Source of the DNA: Macrostomum lignano
Taxonomy: Eukaryota
Length of the DNA stretch: 36,740 nucleotides
Direction: 5' to 3'
Assembly: GCA_002269645.1 (NCBI GenBank)
Contig: NIVC01003633.1
Coordinates: 1-36,740, forward strand
Part shown: piece by piece, positions 11,631-21,169 of the stretch
Numbering within the stretch: the stretch's first letter is position 1
How the letters are laid out: every line of letters begins with the position of its first letter
Program-made: the position numbers and the translations under genes
The notes under the pieces: generated by a model
Seen by the model: the letters and a program-made list of their open reading frames with translations, nothing else
What the model was told of the DNA's origin: nothing
Databases searched by the model: none

Positions 11631-13571
11631 TTCTTAGAAAAACTGTTAGCCCTGAAAGATTTTACTCTTCTGATTATTTTGGTAGCGTTCTATTATTCTG
11701 GTAGCGTTCTACTTATCTAATGGCCTGAGCGGTATTTTGGCTTACTGGTATATGTATTTCATGTACTTTGCAAGTCCTTGGGCATTACCGAGATCAGACG
11801 GTCACAGCCTCCATTATTCTTACACGTCTTACTTCAGATCTACTTCGCAACTTCTTACTACTCAACACTTTCCTTCTTAGTAGTAGGCCTATATACGGTA
11901 CACACCTTCGTCTACTTCAATCTTACTTCTTAAAGGAATGAATACAAAAAAACACTTCTTCAATTCTTATTTTCTCGGAACTCTTCTATTTGCTATCAAT
12001 TGCTTATTGCGAACCGCGATGCGCGAGGTTTGTTCTTCCTCTGCCAAATTTGCTTGTATTTATACTAATTTTACTTGTAGATTAAAACAAAAATTATATT
12101 TGTAAAATATTATGAGAAAATCATACAGTATAACAAACTATTTACTTAGCGTTTAGGCACGAATTTAAAAACATTATTACTTGTACAATTATAGATTGCC
12201 CTGCACATATGAAATTTCAAAAATGAGGGCAAAAGCCCTCATTTGCATATAATAAAAATATAAATATAAAAATATAAATAATGCATAATTCATAATATTT
12301 TAACAAAATATTATAAACTATTATATAATGATACTTTTTAATACCTGGCATGTTTTCTAATTTATTTAGCTCTTTTTTCATCATTTTTTGTATTTTCTCT
12401 ATTTAGTAGGCTATTTTTAGCTTATTTAGATTAGATAAAAGTTCCTTTTAATGACTATATAAGTATATAACACAATAATATATTGAGGTAGAGCCTAGGG
12501 GCAGTTTGCAAAGTTAAAATTTGAGGCAGTTTAGAAAACTTTGAATTGCCATTGGTATTTATGTTGGAGTTTGCATTTTGCATATTTAAAGCCAAAAAAT
12601 TGTGTAGTCAAATCTTATGAATTTGTTTGCTGGGTTACTATCTACTAGGGTCCTCAATTCCAAAGGGATGGTAATTAAAGTTGTAGTCAAGCAGTCTTAA
12701 TTAGGCACAAACATTTAGGTCCTATATGCTAAATCTTAATGTATGTTAGTTTGCAAAAAAGCTTAGGCCCTACTAATAGTAGCATTGTGCTAATACTACC
12801 TAGTTGATATAATAGACCATTAAGTTCTCAAAGCTTGCTTGGAGTTGATAATAAGTTATTTTATGTCCCATGAGCAAAGCTAGGTTTTTTGTGTCATAGG
12901 CATGCTATTGCTATGACATGTTGAAATTAAAAATGGTATAATGATTTTGATACTGTTATGACAAAATGACAACATTTTTTGCCATTATGCTATTGCCAAA
13001 TTGTCAATGCTGAATCCCCAATTCCAAATTTCAGTTTTGCTTTTAAATTTGTTCAAATATTTGCTAAATCCTTGTCATGTTGTATATTATATATACTTGC
13101 TAGTTTTCAAACTGGAAAGCTATTATCACTCCCATCTGAATCTGTAAGGAAACAGTAATATGGGCTCACAAAGTGCTATTTTACATTTTATGCCAATGGC
13201 ATGTTGAAATTGAAAAAAAACCCAAGGGCAAAATATTTAATAAAAATAATACTGTATAGCTTATTGATCAAAGAAAAAAAGGTTTACATTTATTGATATT
13301 AGGTTTAGGCAAGTTCAGCAAATTGTGGTTAACAATCTAGTTTAGTAGCATCATGGTGCACAAGGCTTACTATAAGTAGCTAGTTATTAGCACTATGTTT
13401 GTCAAGATAAATATTAGTGGTAGTTGCAATAAGAGTGCAATAAAATAGTTAGAGTAGGAGTTTAAAGCAAGCAAGAGAATGGGATTTTCAATGCTATGTC
13501 CATATTATGTGGTTGGGATGATAGAGGCTGTAAAGTTGAGATAAATGCAGTTGGCTCTTTACTTCTTCAAT

Positions 13572-13866
13572 ATAATAATAATTAATTACACTATTCATTG
13601 ATTACACCTGCCCTAATGGGCACATGTGCAACTGACAGCTCAGCCATAGCAATTGTGTGGCGCATCTGAAGGCTGCATATGGCTGTTCAGTCCAAGGACT
13701 GGGGGGTCGCCACACAGCCTCAATTACCCCAGCCCATGCTGGCACCCATCTTACAGCTGGGTGAACTGAAACAATGCAGAGTTAAGAGTCTTGCTCAAGG
13801 AGACAGATTGTTCCAATGGGATCAGGAATCAAAGTCATGAGTTCGACCCTCTATCCACTTGGCTAC
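13572..13866 (-). mobile_element. tRNA-derived CORE-like SINE, copy 1 (degenerate, B box deleted)
   Basis: Clearly homologous to 29085-29350 (shared GGCGCATCTGAAGGCTG, CAGTCCAAGGACTGGGGG, TTACAGCTGGGTGAACTGAA, GTCTTGCTCAAGGA). Minus-strand A-box GTAGCCAAGTGG and (ATT)n tail present. The segment holding the B box is missing. Confidence 0.8.
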
Positions 13867-14132
13867 AACTCTATCCTTAATATATTCCCCAATATGTTAT
13901 AATGAATCATGGAGGGACTGCTTGTCATTGGATTTAACATCATTTAAATTTATAGGAAATGAATTAGCTATAGATATGGATATTGGATATGGAAATGCTA
14001 TGGGAAAAATTAGGTACAACTACTACATATATAAATATAGTAAAAATTATTTTATGGTGTAAACTCTACCAATGATTATGAAATCGCTATAATAATTGCC
14101 CTTGCTTTATGCTGCAATCTTAAAAAGAAACA

Positions 14133-15185
14133 ATGAGCGATCTGAAGCAGCTCAATAGCTTAGTTAGCAATCTTGAATCGGCTCTGGGTGTCTCCGGAGG
14201 CAGCGGAGGTGGCGGTGGCGCCTCCGTAGCAGCCTTCGATTCGAGTGTTGGCGCTCGCCTTACCGAGTTCGACAATGCGTCTCGTCAAGTCGGCGGCGAC
14301 GTTGCCGAACTCTCGCCAATCGTACTCGACGCCTTTGCCGCCCTCCGATCTGTTCTGGTCGAAGCCTCCAACCGGCCGTCGCGTCCGAACGACGCAGAAC
14401 TGCAGCGCCTGCTCGAGCCGTTGAGCAGACGCTTGCAAAAAGTTGACGAATTTCGCAATTCGAAACGAGCCAGCGCTCAATTCAATCACCTGAGCGCCGT
14501 GGCGGAATCCATTGGCGCCCTTGGCTGGGTGGCGCAGCCGGAGAAACCGGCGCCGTTTGTTGAGAGCCTACGGGACGCCGGCGTGTTCTATTCGAATCGC
14601 GTGCTTAAAGAGGCTAAAGATGGCAAAGCTGGTGGCGAGGCTGGTGCCGCCTGGGCGAAGGCTTGGACAGCCGTCATCAACTCGATGATTGCCTATGTGA
14701 AGGAGAATCACCTCACTGGCCTGGTCTGGGGCGGCTCCGGCGGCTCCTCCGGCGGTACAGCGGCCGCCAGCGCCGAGGCCACTATGGAAAGCGTTCTGCA
14801 CCGTCTGGAATCTCTGACGGCCAAGGTGAAATCTGGCGGCGCCGGTGTCAAAGCTGGCTCGGGCGATGACGCTTCTAGCAACGGTTTTGGCTCCGTTGTC
14901 GACCGGATGTCGGCTTTCACGGCCGCCACGGTGGCTCTTGACTCCGCCGATACCGCGGATGTTCGTAAAATCGTTGATATGGCCAATATGGCTTTCCAGC
15001 TGTTGCGCAATCTGCTGGGCCAGCCCAGACCCGCTAGCGGCGGCGTTCAAAGCCTGCCAACTTTTCAACAGCTGAGCCAGAGTATCAATCAGGCTGTTGA
15101 GTTTCGCGAGGCTAACAGGACTAGCCGGTATTTTAATCACCTGTCCGCTGTCAGCGCCTCGCTGCCCGCCTTCGGCTGGGTTCAG
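14133..15185 (+). CDS. CAP: Adenylyl cyclase-associated protein (CAP/Srv2), exon 1 of 4 (351 codons): module 1 OD-HFD plus start of a second OD-HFD
   Basis: CAP HFD signature FNHLSAVAESIGALGWV...FY.NRVLKE, then a second FNHLSAVSASLPAFGWVQ. Donor CAG|GTTTGA at 15185/15186, phase 0. Confidence 0.95.
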
Positions 15186-15236
15186 GTTTGAGCTGTTTGG
15201 CTTAGTTAGTGGCTTCTGTTCTTTATTGATAATTGA

Positions 15237-15450
15237 TGTCTGTCTGTCCGTCTGTCTGTGTCTATCTGTCTGTACGTGTCTGTCTGTCTGTGTCTGTCTG
15301 TCTGTCTGTACGTGTCTGTCTGTCTATCTGTCTGTCTGTCTGTACGTGTCTATCCGTCTGTCTGTCTGTGTCTGTCTGTCTGTGTCTGTCTGTCTGTCTG
15401 TACGTGTCTGTCCGTCTGTCTGTCTGTACGTCTGTCTGTACGTGTCTGCC

Positions 15451-15489
<39 letters not shown>

Positions 15490-15496
15490 GTGTCCG

Positions 15497-15535
<39 letters not shown>
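15237..15535. repeat. (TGTC)n microsatellite with TGTACG interruptions, CAP intron 1
   Basis: Read directly. Source of the VCLS-repeat ORFs. Confidence 0.97.
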
Positions 15536-15663
15536 GTGTTTTTCTATCTAACTAACTTTTCTATTCTATCTACCTCTGTCAGTAAAAACTGAATATATCA
15601 TATTTTTCCTATCGAGAATGAGTATTCTTGTCTAGCTCTCCCCTTTCCATAACCTGTCCCCAG

Positions 15664-16014
15664 ATGTCGCCAGCCCCGGCCAAGTTCGTGCAGGACATGC
15701 GAGAGTCGGGCCAGTTCTACACGGATAAAATTCTCACCGAGTACAAGCGCTCAGACACTCGTCACGTGACCTGGGCCGCCGCCTGGATTGACCTGTTGAA
15801 GGAGATGCAGGCCTACGTCAAGGCTAAGCACACCACCGGATTCGTGTTTGCTGCCGGTGGCGCCGCCGCTGCGCTCGCTGCTGCTCCCCCGGCGCCGAGG
15901 GCTGGCGGACCCCCTCCGCCCCCGCCGCCGCCCCCGCCGCCCCCGCCTCCGCCAGCTGGTGGCGCCGACGATGGAGCCGCCAAAGCGGCCGCCCTGTTTG
16001 CGGAGATTAACCAG
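15664..16014 (+). CDS. CAP: CAP exon 2 (117 codons): end of HFD2, 15-proline P1 tract, start of WH2
   Basis: Acceptor CCTGTCCCCAG|ATG. MSPAPAKFVQDMRESGQFY continues the HFD motif; P15; ALFAEINQ. Donor CAG|GTAAGT, phase 0. Confidence 0.95.
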
Positions 16015-16085
16015 GTAAGTCTCCGTCTCTATTTGCGCTGCTGAGCTGGTGTTGTAAATCCCCTCTGATCCCATTAAGTGTCTAA

Positions 16086-17110
16086 ATATCCCATCTGATC
16101 CTATTTGGGTCTAAAAATCTGATGTAATCCCATATAGTGTCTGAAAATCCCATCTGATCCCATAGTGTCTGAAAATCCCATATAGTGTCTGAAAATCCCA
16201 TATAGTGTCTGAAAATCCCATCTGATCCCATATAGTGTCTGAAAATCCCATCTGATCCCATAGTGTCTGAAAATCCCATCTGATCCCATATAGTCCCTGA
16301 AAATCCTCTGATGATCCCATATAGTGCATGAAAATCCCATCTGATCCCATATAGTGTCTGAAAATCCCATCTGATCTCATATAGTGTCTGAAAATCCCAT
16401 CTGATCCCATATACTCGTAGTGCATGAAAATTCCATCTGATCCAATATAGGATCCGAAATTCCCATCTTATCCTATATACTACCTGAAAGTCCCATCTGA
16501 TCCCAAATAGTGCATGAAAATCCCATCTGATCCCATATAGTGCATGAAAATCCCATCTGATCCCATATAGTGCATGAAAGTCCCATCTGATCCCATATAG
16601 TGCATGAAAATCCCATCTGATCCCATATAGTGCATGAAAATCCCATCTGATCCCATATAGTGTCTGAAAATCCCATCTGATCTCATATAGTGTCTGAAAA
16701 TCCCATCTGATCCCATATAGTGTCTGAAAATCCCATCTGATTCCATATAGTGTCTGAAAATCCCATCTGATCCCATATAGGATCTGAAAATCCCATCTGA
16801 TCCCATATAGTGTCTGAAAATCCCATCTGATCCCATATAGGATCTGAAAATCCCATCTGATCCCATATAGGATCTGAAAGTCCCATCTGATCCCATATAG
16901 TGCATGAAAATCCCATCTGATCCCATATAGTGCATGAAAATCCCATCTGATCCCATATAGTCCCTGAAAATCCTCTGATGATCCCATATAGTGTCTAGAA
17001 ATCCCATCTGATCCAATATAGGATCCGAAAATCCCATCTAATCCCATATAGGATCCGAAAATCCCATCTAATCCCAATTAGGATCCGAAAATCCCACCTG
17101 ATTCCATTTA
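16086..17110. repeat. 30-bp minisatellite AAAATCCCATCTGATCCCATATAGTG(C/T)(A/C)TG, CAP intron 2
   Basis: 30-bp periodicity is obvious at 16500-16980, with a 10-bp internal sub-period. Explains the YGIRWDF and MGSDGIF ORFs. Confidence 0.95.
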
Positions 17111-17162
17111 GGAATAAGCGATCCAAAAAATCAATTAATCTTTAACTTTTCCCCGTTTCCAG

Positions 17163-17456
17163 GGCGAAGGCATCACCGGCCGACTCCGCAAGGTGCCCGA
17201 TTCGGCTAAGACGCATAAAAATCCCGAACTGCGCTCCGCTAAAAAGGCGCCGCCACCTGTGGCGCCAAAACCTGGTGCCGCGAATTCGTCCGCCTCGGTT
17301 AAGAAGCCGGCCGCGCCGGCCAAGCAGCCCGTGACGGAGCTGACGGGCCAGAAGTGGACTGTCGAATACCATAAGAACAATAGGAGTATTGTGCTGGATA
17401 ATACCAGTATTAAGCAGGCTGTGTACATCTTTAAATGCGAAGGTTGCACTATTCAG
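17163..17456 (+). CDS. CAP: CAP exon 3 (98 codons): WH2 end, P2 region, start of CARP beta-helix
   Basis: Acceptor TTTTCCCCGTTTCCAG|GGC. GEGITGRLRKV completes WH2; KW.VEY..N and VYIFKCEGCTIQ match the CARP domain. Donor CAG|GTGAGT. Confidence 0.95.
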
Positions 17457-17533
17457 GTGAGTTTACAAGAATCCGAAACCATATCGTGTACAAATATTTC
17501 TTGTTCAAACTGAGTAGTTAATATTGATGTAAT

Positions 17534-17945
17534 AAATCCCAAAATTCCCCAAAAAAGAGAATTCCCCATAGCAAAATAATCCCCAAAAATTCCCCATAGC
17601 CCAGAATCCCAAAATACCCCATAGCAAAGAATCCCCAAAAATCCCCTTTAGCAAAGAATCCCAAAATTATCCATAGCAAAGAACCCCGAAATCCCTCATC
17701 GCAAATAATCCCCAAATTACCCATAGCGAAAAATCCCCAAATCCCCCATAGCGAAAAATCCCCAAATTCTCCAAAATTCCCCATAGTGAAAAATCCCAAA
17801 ATTCCCCATAGCGAAAAATCCCAAAATTCCCCAAAATTCCCCATAGCGAAAAATCCCCAAATTCCCCATAGCGAAAAATCCCAAAAATTCCCCATAGCGA
17901 AAAATCCCCAAAAATTCCCCATAACAAAAAGCCAAAAACCCCCAC
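17534..17945. repeat. Irregular 25-35-bp A/C-rich minisatellite (AAAAATCCCCAAATTCCCCATAGCG), CAP intron 3
   Basis: Read directly. Built from 10-bp AAAATTCCCC sub-units and runs right up to the acceptor. Confidence 0.93.
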
Positions 17946-17947
17946 AG

Positions 17948-18289
17948 GTGAAAGGCAAGGTGAACGGCATCACCCTGGACAGCTGCCGCAAATGCGCTCT
18001 GGTATTCGACGATCTGATCAGCGCAGTGGACATTGTGAACTGTCAATCAGTCCAAACCCAATGCCTTGGCACAGTGCCAACTGTCAATATTGACAAAACT
18101 GACGGTGTGCAAGTCTATCTAACCGAAAATTGTCGATCAACTTGTTCGATTGTGGCCGCTAAATCTTCCGAGATGAACATCTGCATCGCTCTGGAGAATG
18201 GCGATGTCAAGGAGTACCCTCTGCCGGAGCAGTTCCGCAACGTATGGAATGGTAAAGGATTCACCACTGAGCCCACTGATCTGATTTGA
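17948..18289 (+). CDS. CAP: CAP exon 4 (113 codons + stop): CARP domain and C-terminal dimerisation motif
   Basis: Acceptor CCCCCACAG|GTG. VKGKVNGITLDSCRK, QCLGTVPTVNIDKTDGVQVYL, AKSSEMN and EYPLPEQF are typical CAP C-terminal motifs. TGA ends at 18289. Confidence 0.96.
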   Translation: MKGKVNGITLDSCRKCALVFDDLISAVDIVNCQSVQTQCLGTVPTVNIDKTDGVQVYLTENCRSTCSIVAAKSSEMNICIALENGDVKEYPLPEQFRNVWNGKGFTTEPTDLI

Positions 18290-18469
18290 CTTGATGAAGC
18301 ACTGCTGCCGAGTAACTAAGTTTTTATATTCAACTATAATATTTATTGCTCCGCGTATCAATATGAGTATTTATTTATTTTGATCAATTTAAATCAATCA
18401 TTCAATCATCTTTCATAGCAAGTTTTTTAAATGTATATTGTAGACTGTGTCAACATCGCTAAGTGGCTT

Positions 18470-18479
18470 AATAAATAAA
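18470..18479 (+). promoter_or_regulatory. Overlapping AATAAA polyadenylation signals, probably for CAP
   Basis: AATAAATAAA about 180 nt after the CAP stop. Confidence 0.5.
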
Positions 18480-18756
18480 AGTATAGGCTGTTCGATGTTT
18501 TAGAAGTACACACGGAACTTTCTGTGCTTGGTTTCTGATCGAATATTCGTATATCAAATCAATATTCCGTTTCTAATTCTTATTCAGAGGGCAACATGAA
18601 TTCTTTTATTTGATGCTTAGACAGGTTTGTTACTATTTATTTCAATTTTCTTTTTGTATTACCTTAGCTCGTATAACAATAAATCTGTTGCAATGCATGC
18701 CATTTATACAACACAATGACTATTGCTAGTTGGAAAAGTTACGGTTTTGTTAACAA

Positions 18757-19710
18757 CAGATCCTCAGTTGCTGGGCCAGCCTCTCAGATCCTCAGTTGCT
18801 GGGCCAGCCTCTCAGATCCTCAGTTGCTGGGCCAGCCTCTCAGATCCTCAGTTGCTGGGCCAGCCTACCAGATCCTCAGTTGCTGGGCCAGCCTCTCAGA
18901 TCCTCAGTTGCTGGGCCAGCCTCTCAGATCCTCAGTTGCTGGGCCAACCTCCCAGATCCTCAGTTGCTGGGCCAGCCTCTCAGATCCTCAGTTGCTGGGC
19001 CAACCTCCCAGATCCTCAGTTGCTGGGCCAGCCTCTCAGATCCTCAGTTGCTGGGCCAACCTCCCAGATCCTCAGTTGCTGGGCCAGCCTCTCAGATCCT
19101 CAGTTGCTGGGCCAACCTCCCAGATCCTCAGTTGCTGGGCCAGCCTCTCAGATCCTCAGTTGCTGGGCCAGCCTCCCAGATCATCAGTTGCTGGGCCAGC
19201 CTCTCAGAGTGTCAGTTGCTAGGCCAGCCTCTCAGATCCTCAGTTGCTGGGCCAGCCTCTCAGATCCTCAGTTGCTGGGCCAGCCTCTCAGATCCTCAGT
19301 TGCTGGGCCAGCCTTCCAGTGTCAGTTGCTGGGCCAGCCTCCCAGATCCTCAGTTGCTGGGCCAGCCTCCCAGATCCTCAGTTGCTAGGCCAGCCTCTCG
19401 GATCCTCAGTTGCTGGGCCAGCCTCCCAGATCCTCAGTTGCTGGGCCAGCCTCCCAGTGTCAGTTGCTGGGCCAGCCTCCCAGAATGTCAGTTGCTGGGC
19501 CAGCCTCCCAGAACGTCAGTTGCTGGGCCAGCCTCCCAGTGTCAGTTGCTGGGCCAGCCGCCCAGATCTTCAGTTGCTGGGCCAGCCTCCCAGAATGTCA
19601 GTTGCTGGGTCAGCCTCCCAGATCCTCAGTTGCTAGGCCAGCCTCCCAGATCCTCAGTTGCTGGGCCAGCCTCTCAGACTTTCAGTTGCTGGGCCAGCCT
19701 TCCAGATCCT
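18757..19710. repeat. 28-bp minisatellite GATCCTCAGTTGCTGGGCCAGCCTC(T/C)CA, array 1 (~34 units)
   Basis: Read directly. Same family as 30134-30567. Confidence 0.97.
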
Positions 19711-20250
19711 TCAAGTAAATTTTCTAGTTTAGTGCCGTGAGCTTTTCCAATTAATATTTATTATAAACCGGTTTTAACAAACTTTATGTTGCACTTTATA
19801 ATTTAATTTGTTAGCATTATATACATTCTTGATTATATTTATTCGTGAAATAAGTCTACAAAATCTTCCAAAATTACTTTTTCAACATCCGGTTTCGTCT
19901 ACCACAAATTTTGTGTATGTGAAAATATTAATGAATGCTTATAAAAGCATTGTTTATTTTACAACTAAACTGCTTGTGTTCAACCTGACCTTTTTTCAAA
20001 GTTTTTTAACTAGGCTTTTCATAATTGACTGTTTCAAATTTCAACACTACGCGATGTTAGTCAGGCGGTTTTTCCGACCGGAAACGAAATCCTTTCGCTG
20101 ATAATGGCCTAATTTTGCCCTTTATTGTAACACTGATTGACTCGCGTTCTTGCTAACGGAATCCACAATATTGCTTATTGATTATTAATTAAAATGGTAA
20201 ACAATAGTGGCATCACTTTCATTTTCAATCGGCTGTTTCTCGTGTTGTTT

Positions 20251-20896
20251 CTTTGGGATCACGGGTTCCTTTAGGATCACGGGTTCCTTTGGGATCACGG
20301 GTTCCTTTAGGATCACGGGTTCCTTTGGGATCACGGGTTCCTTTGGGATCACGGGTTCCTTTGGGATCACGGGTTCCTTTAGGATCACGGGTTCCTTTGG
20401 GATCACGGGTTCCTTTGGGATCACGGGTTCCTTTGGGATCACGGGTTCCTTTGGGATCACGGGTTCCTTTGGGATCACGGGTTCCTTTGGGATCACGGGT
20501 TCCTTTGGGATCACGGGTTCCTTTGGGATCACAGATTCCTTTGGGATCACAGATTCCTTTGGGATCACAGATTCCTTTGGGATCACAGATTCCTTTGGGA
20601 TCACAGATTCCTTTGGGATCACAGATTCCTTTGGGATCACAGATTCCTTTGGGATCACAGATTCCTTTGGGATCACAGATTCCTTTGGGTTCACAGATTC
20701 CTTTGGGATCACTGATTCCTTTGGGATCGCAGATTCCTTTGGGATCACAGATTCCTTTGGGATCACAGATTCCTTTGGGATCACAGATTCCTTTGGGATC
20801 ACAGATTCCTTTGGGATCACAGATTCCTTTGGGATCACAGGTTCCTTTGGGATCACAGATTCCTTTGGGATCACAGATTCCTTTGGGATCACAGAT
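20251..20896. repeat. 18-bp minisatellite in two homogenised blocks: CTTTGGGATCACGGGTTC x15, then CTTTGGGATCACAGATTC x~21
   Basis: Block switch at 20521. Ends about 96 nt before the DGCR6 ATG. Confidence 0.97.
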
Positions 20897-20992
20897 CATA
20901 TTATATTGATTATGTCATTATGACTGTTGTCTTGCTAATATCAACCTTAATGAAATTGTAATGCATGCTAATTAATAAGCACTGGACGCGGT

Positions 20993-21106
20993 ATGACGCA
21001 ATACATACCAAATTTGGATCCGGAACTTCTGCAAACTGTTGCGGAAGAATTACAGTCTAAAGAGGCGCTGCAAAGAAAGCACTACTTTCTGTTGGAGCAG
21101 CTGCAG
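20993..21106 (+). CDS. DGCR6: DGCR6/gonadal family protein, exon 1 (38 codons)
   Basis: MTQYIPNLDPELLQTVAEELQSKEALQRKHYFLLEQLQ resembles the DGCR6 N-terminus (QERHYQLLSALQ type). Donor CAG|GTAAAA, phase 0. Not in the ORF track because it is under 60 aa. Confidence 0.85.
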
Positions 21107-21169
21107 GTAAAAATCCAAAAATTGATAGGGAAGAAAGAGATCAGTTAGAATTCGATGAGCAAGAGAGTG

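Noticed and set aside
14160-15140. Antisense and alternate-frame ORFs over CAP exon 1
   Set aside because: Shadow ORFs of GC-rich coding sequence with no recognisable motifs.
15097-18046. VCLS-, YGIRWDF- and FFAMG-repeat ORFs as membrane or Cys-rich proteins
   Set aside because: They lie wholly in CAP intronic micro/minisatellites.
18716-19740. Overlapping ORFs in three frames ([10 protein letters not shown]...)
   Set aside because: Product of a 28-bp unit that cycles through frames without stops; the same applies at 30133-30665.
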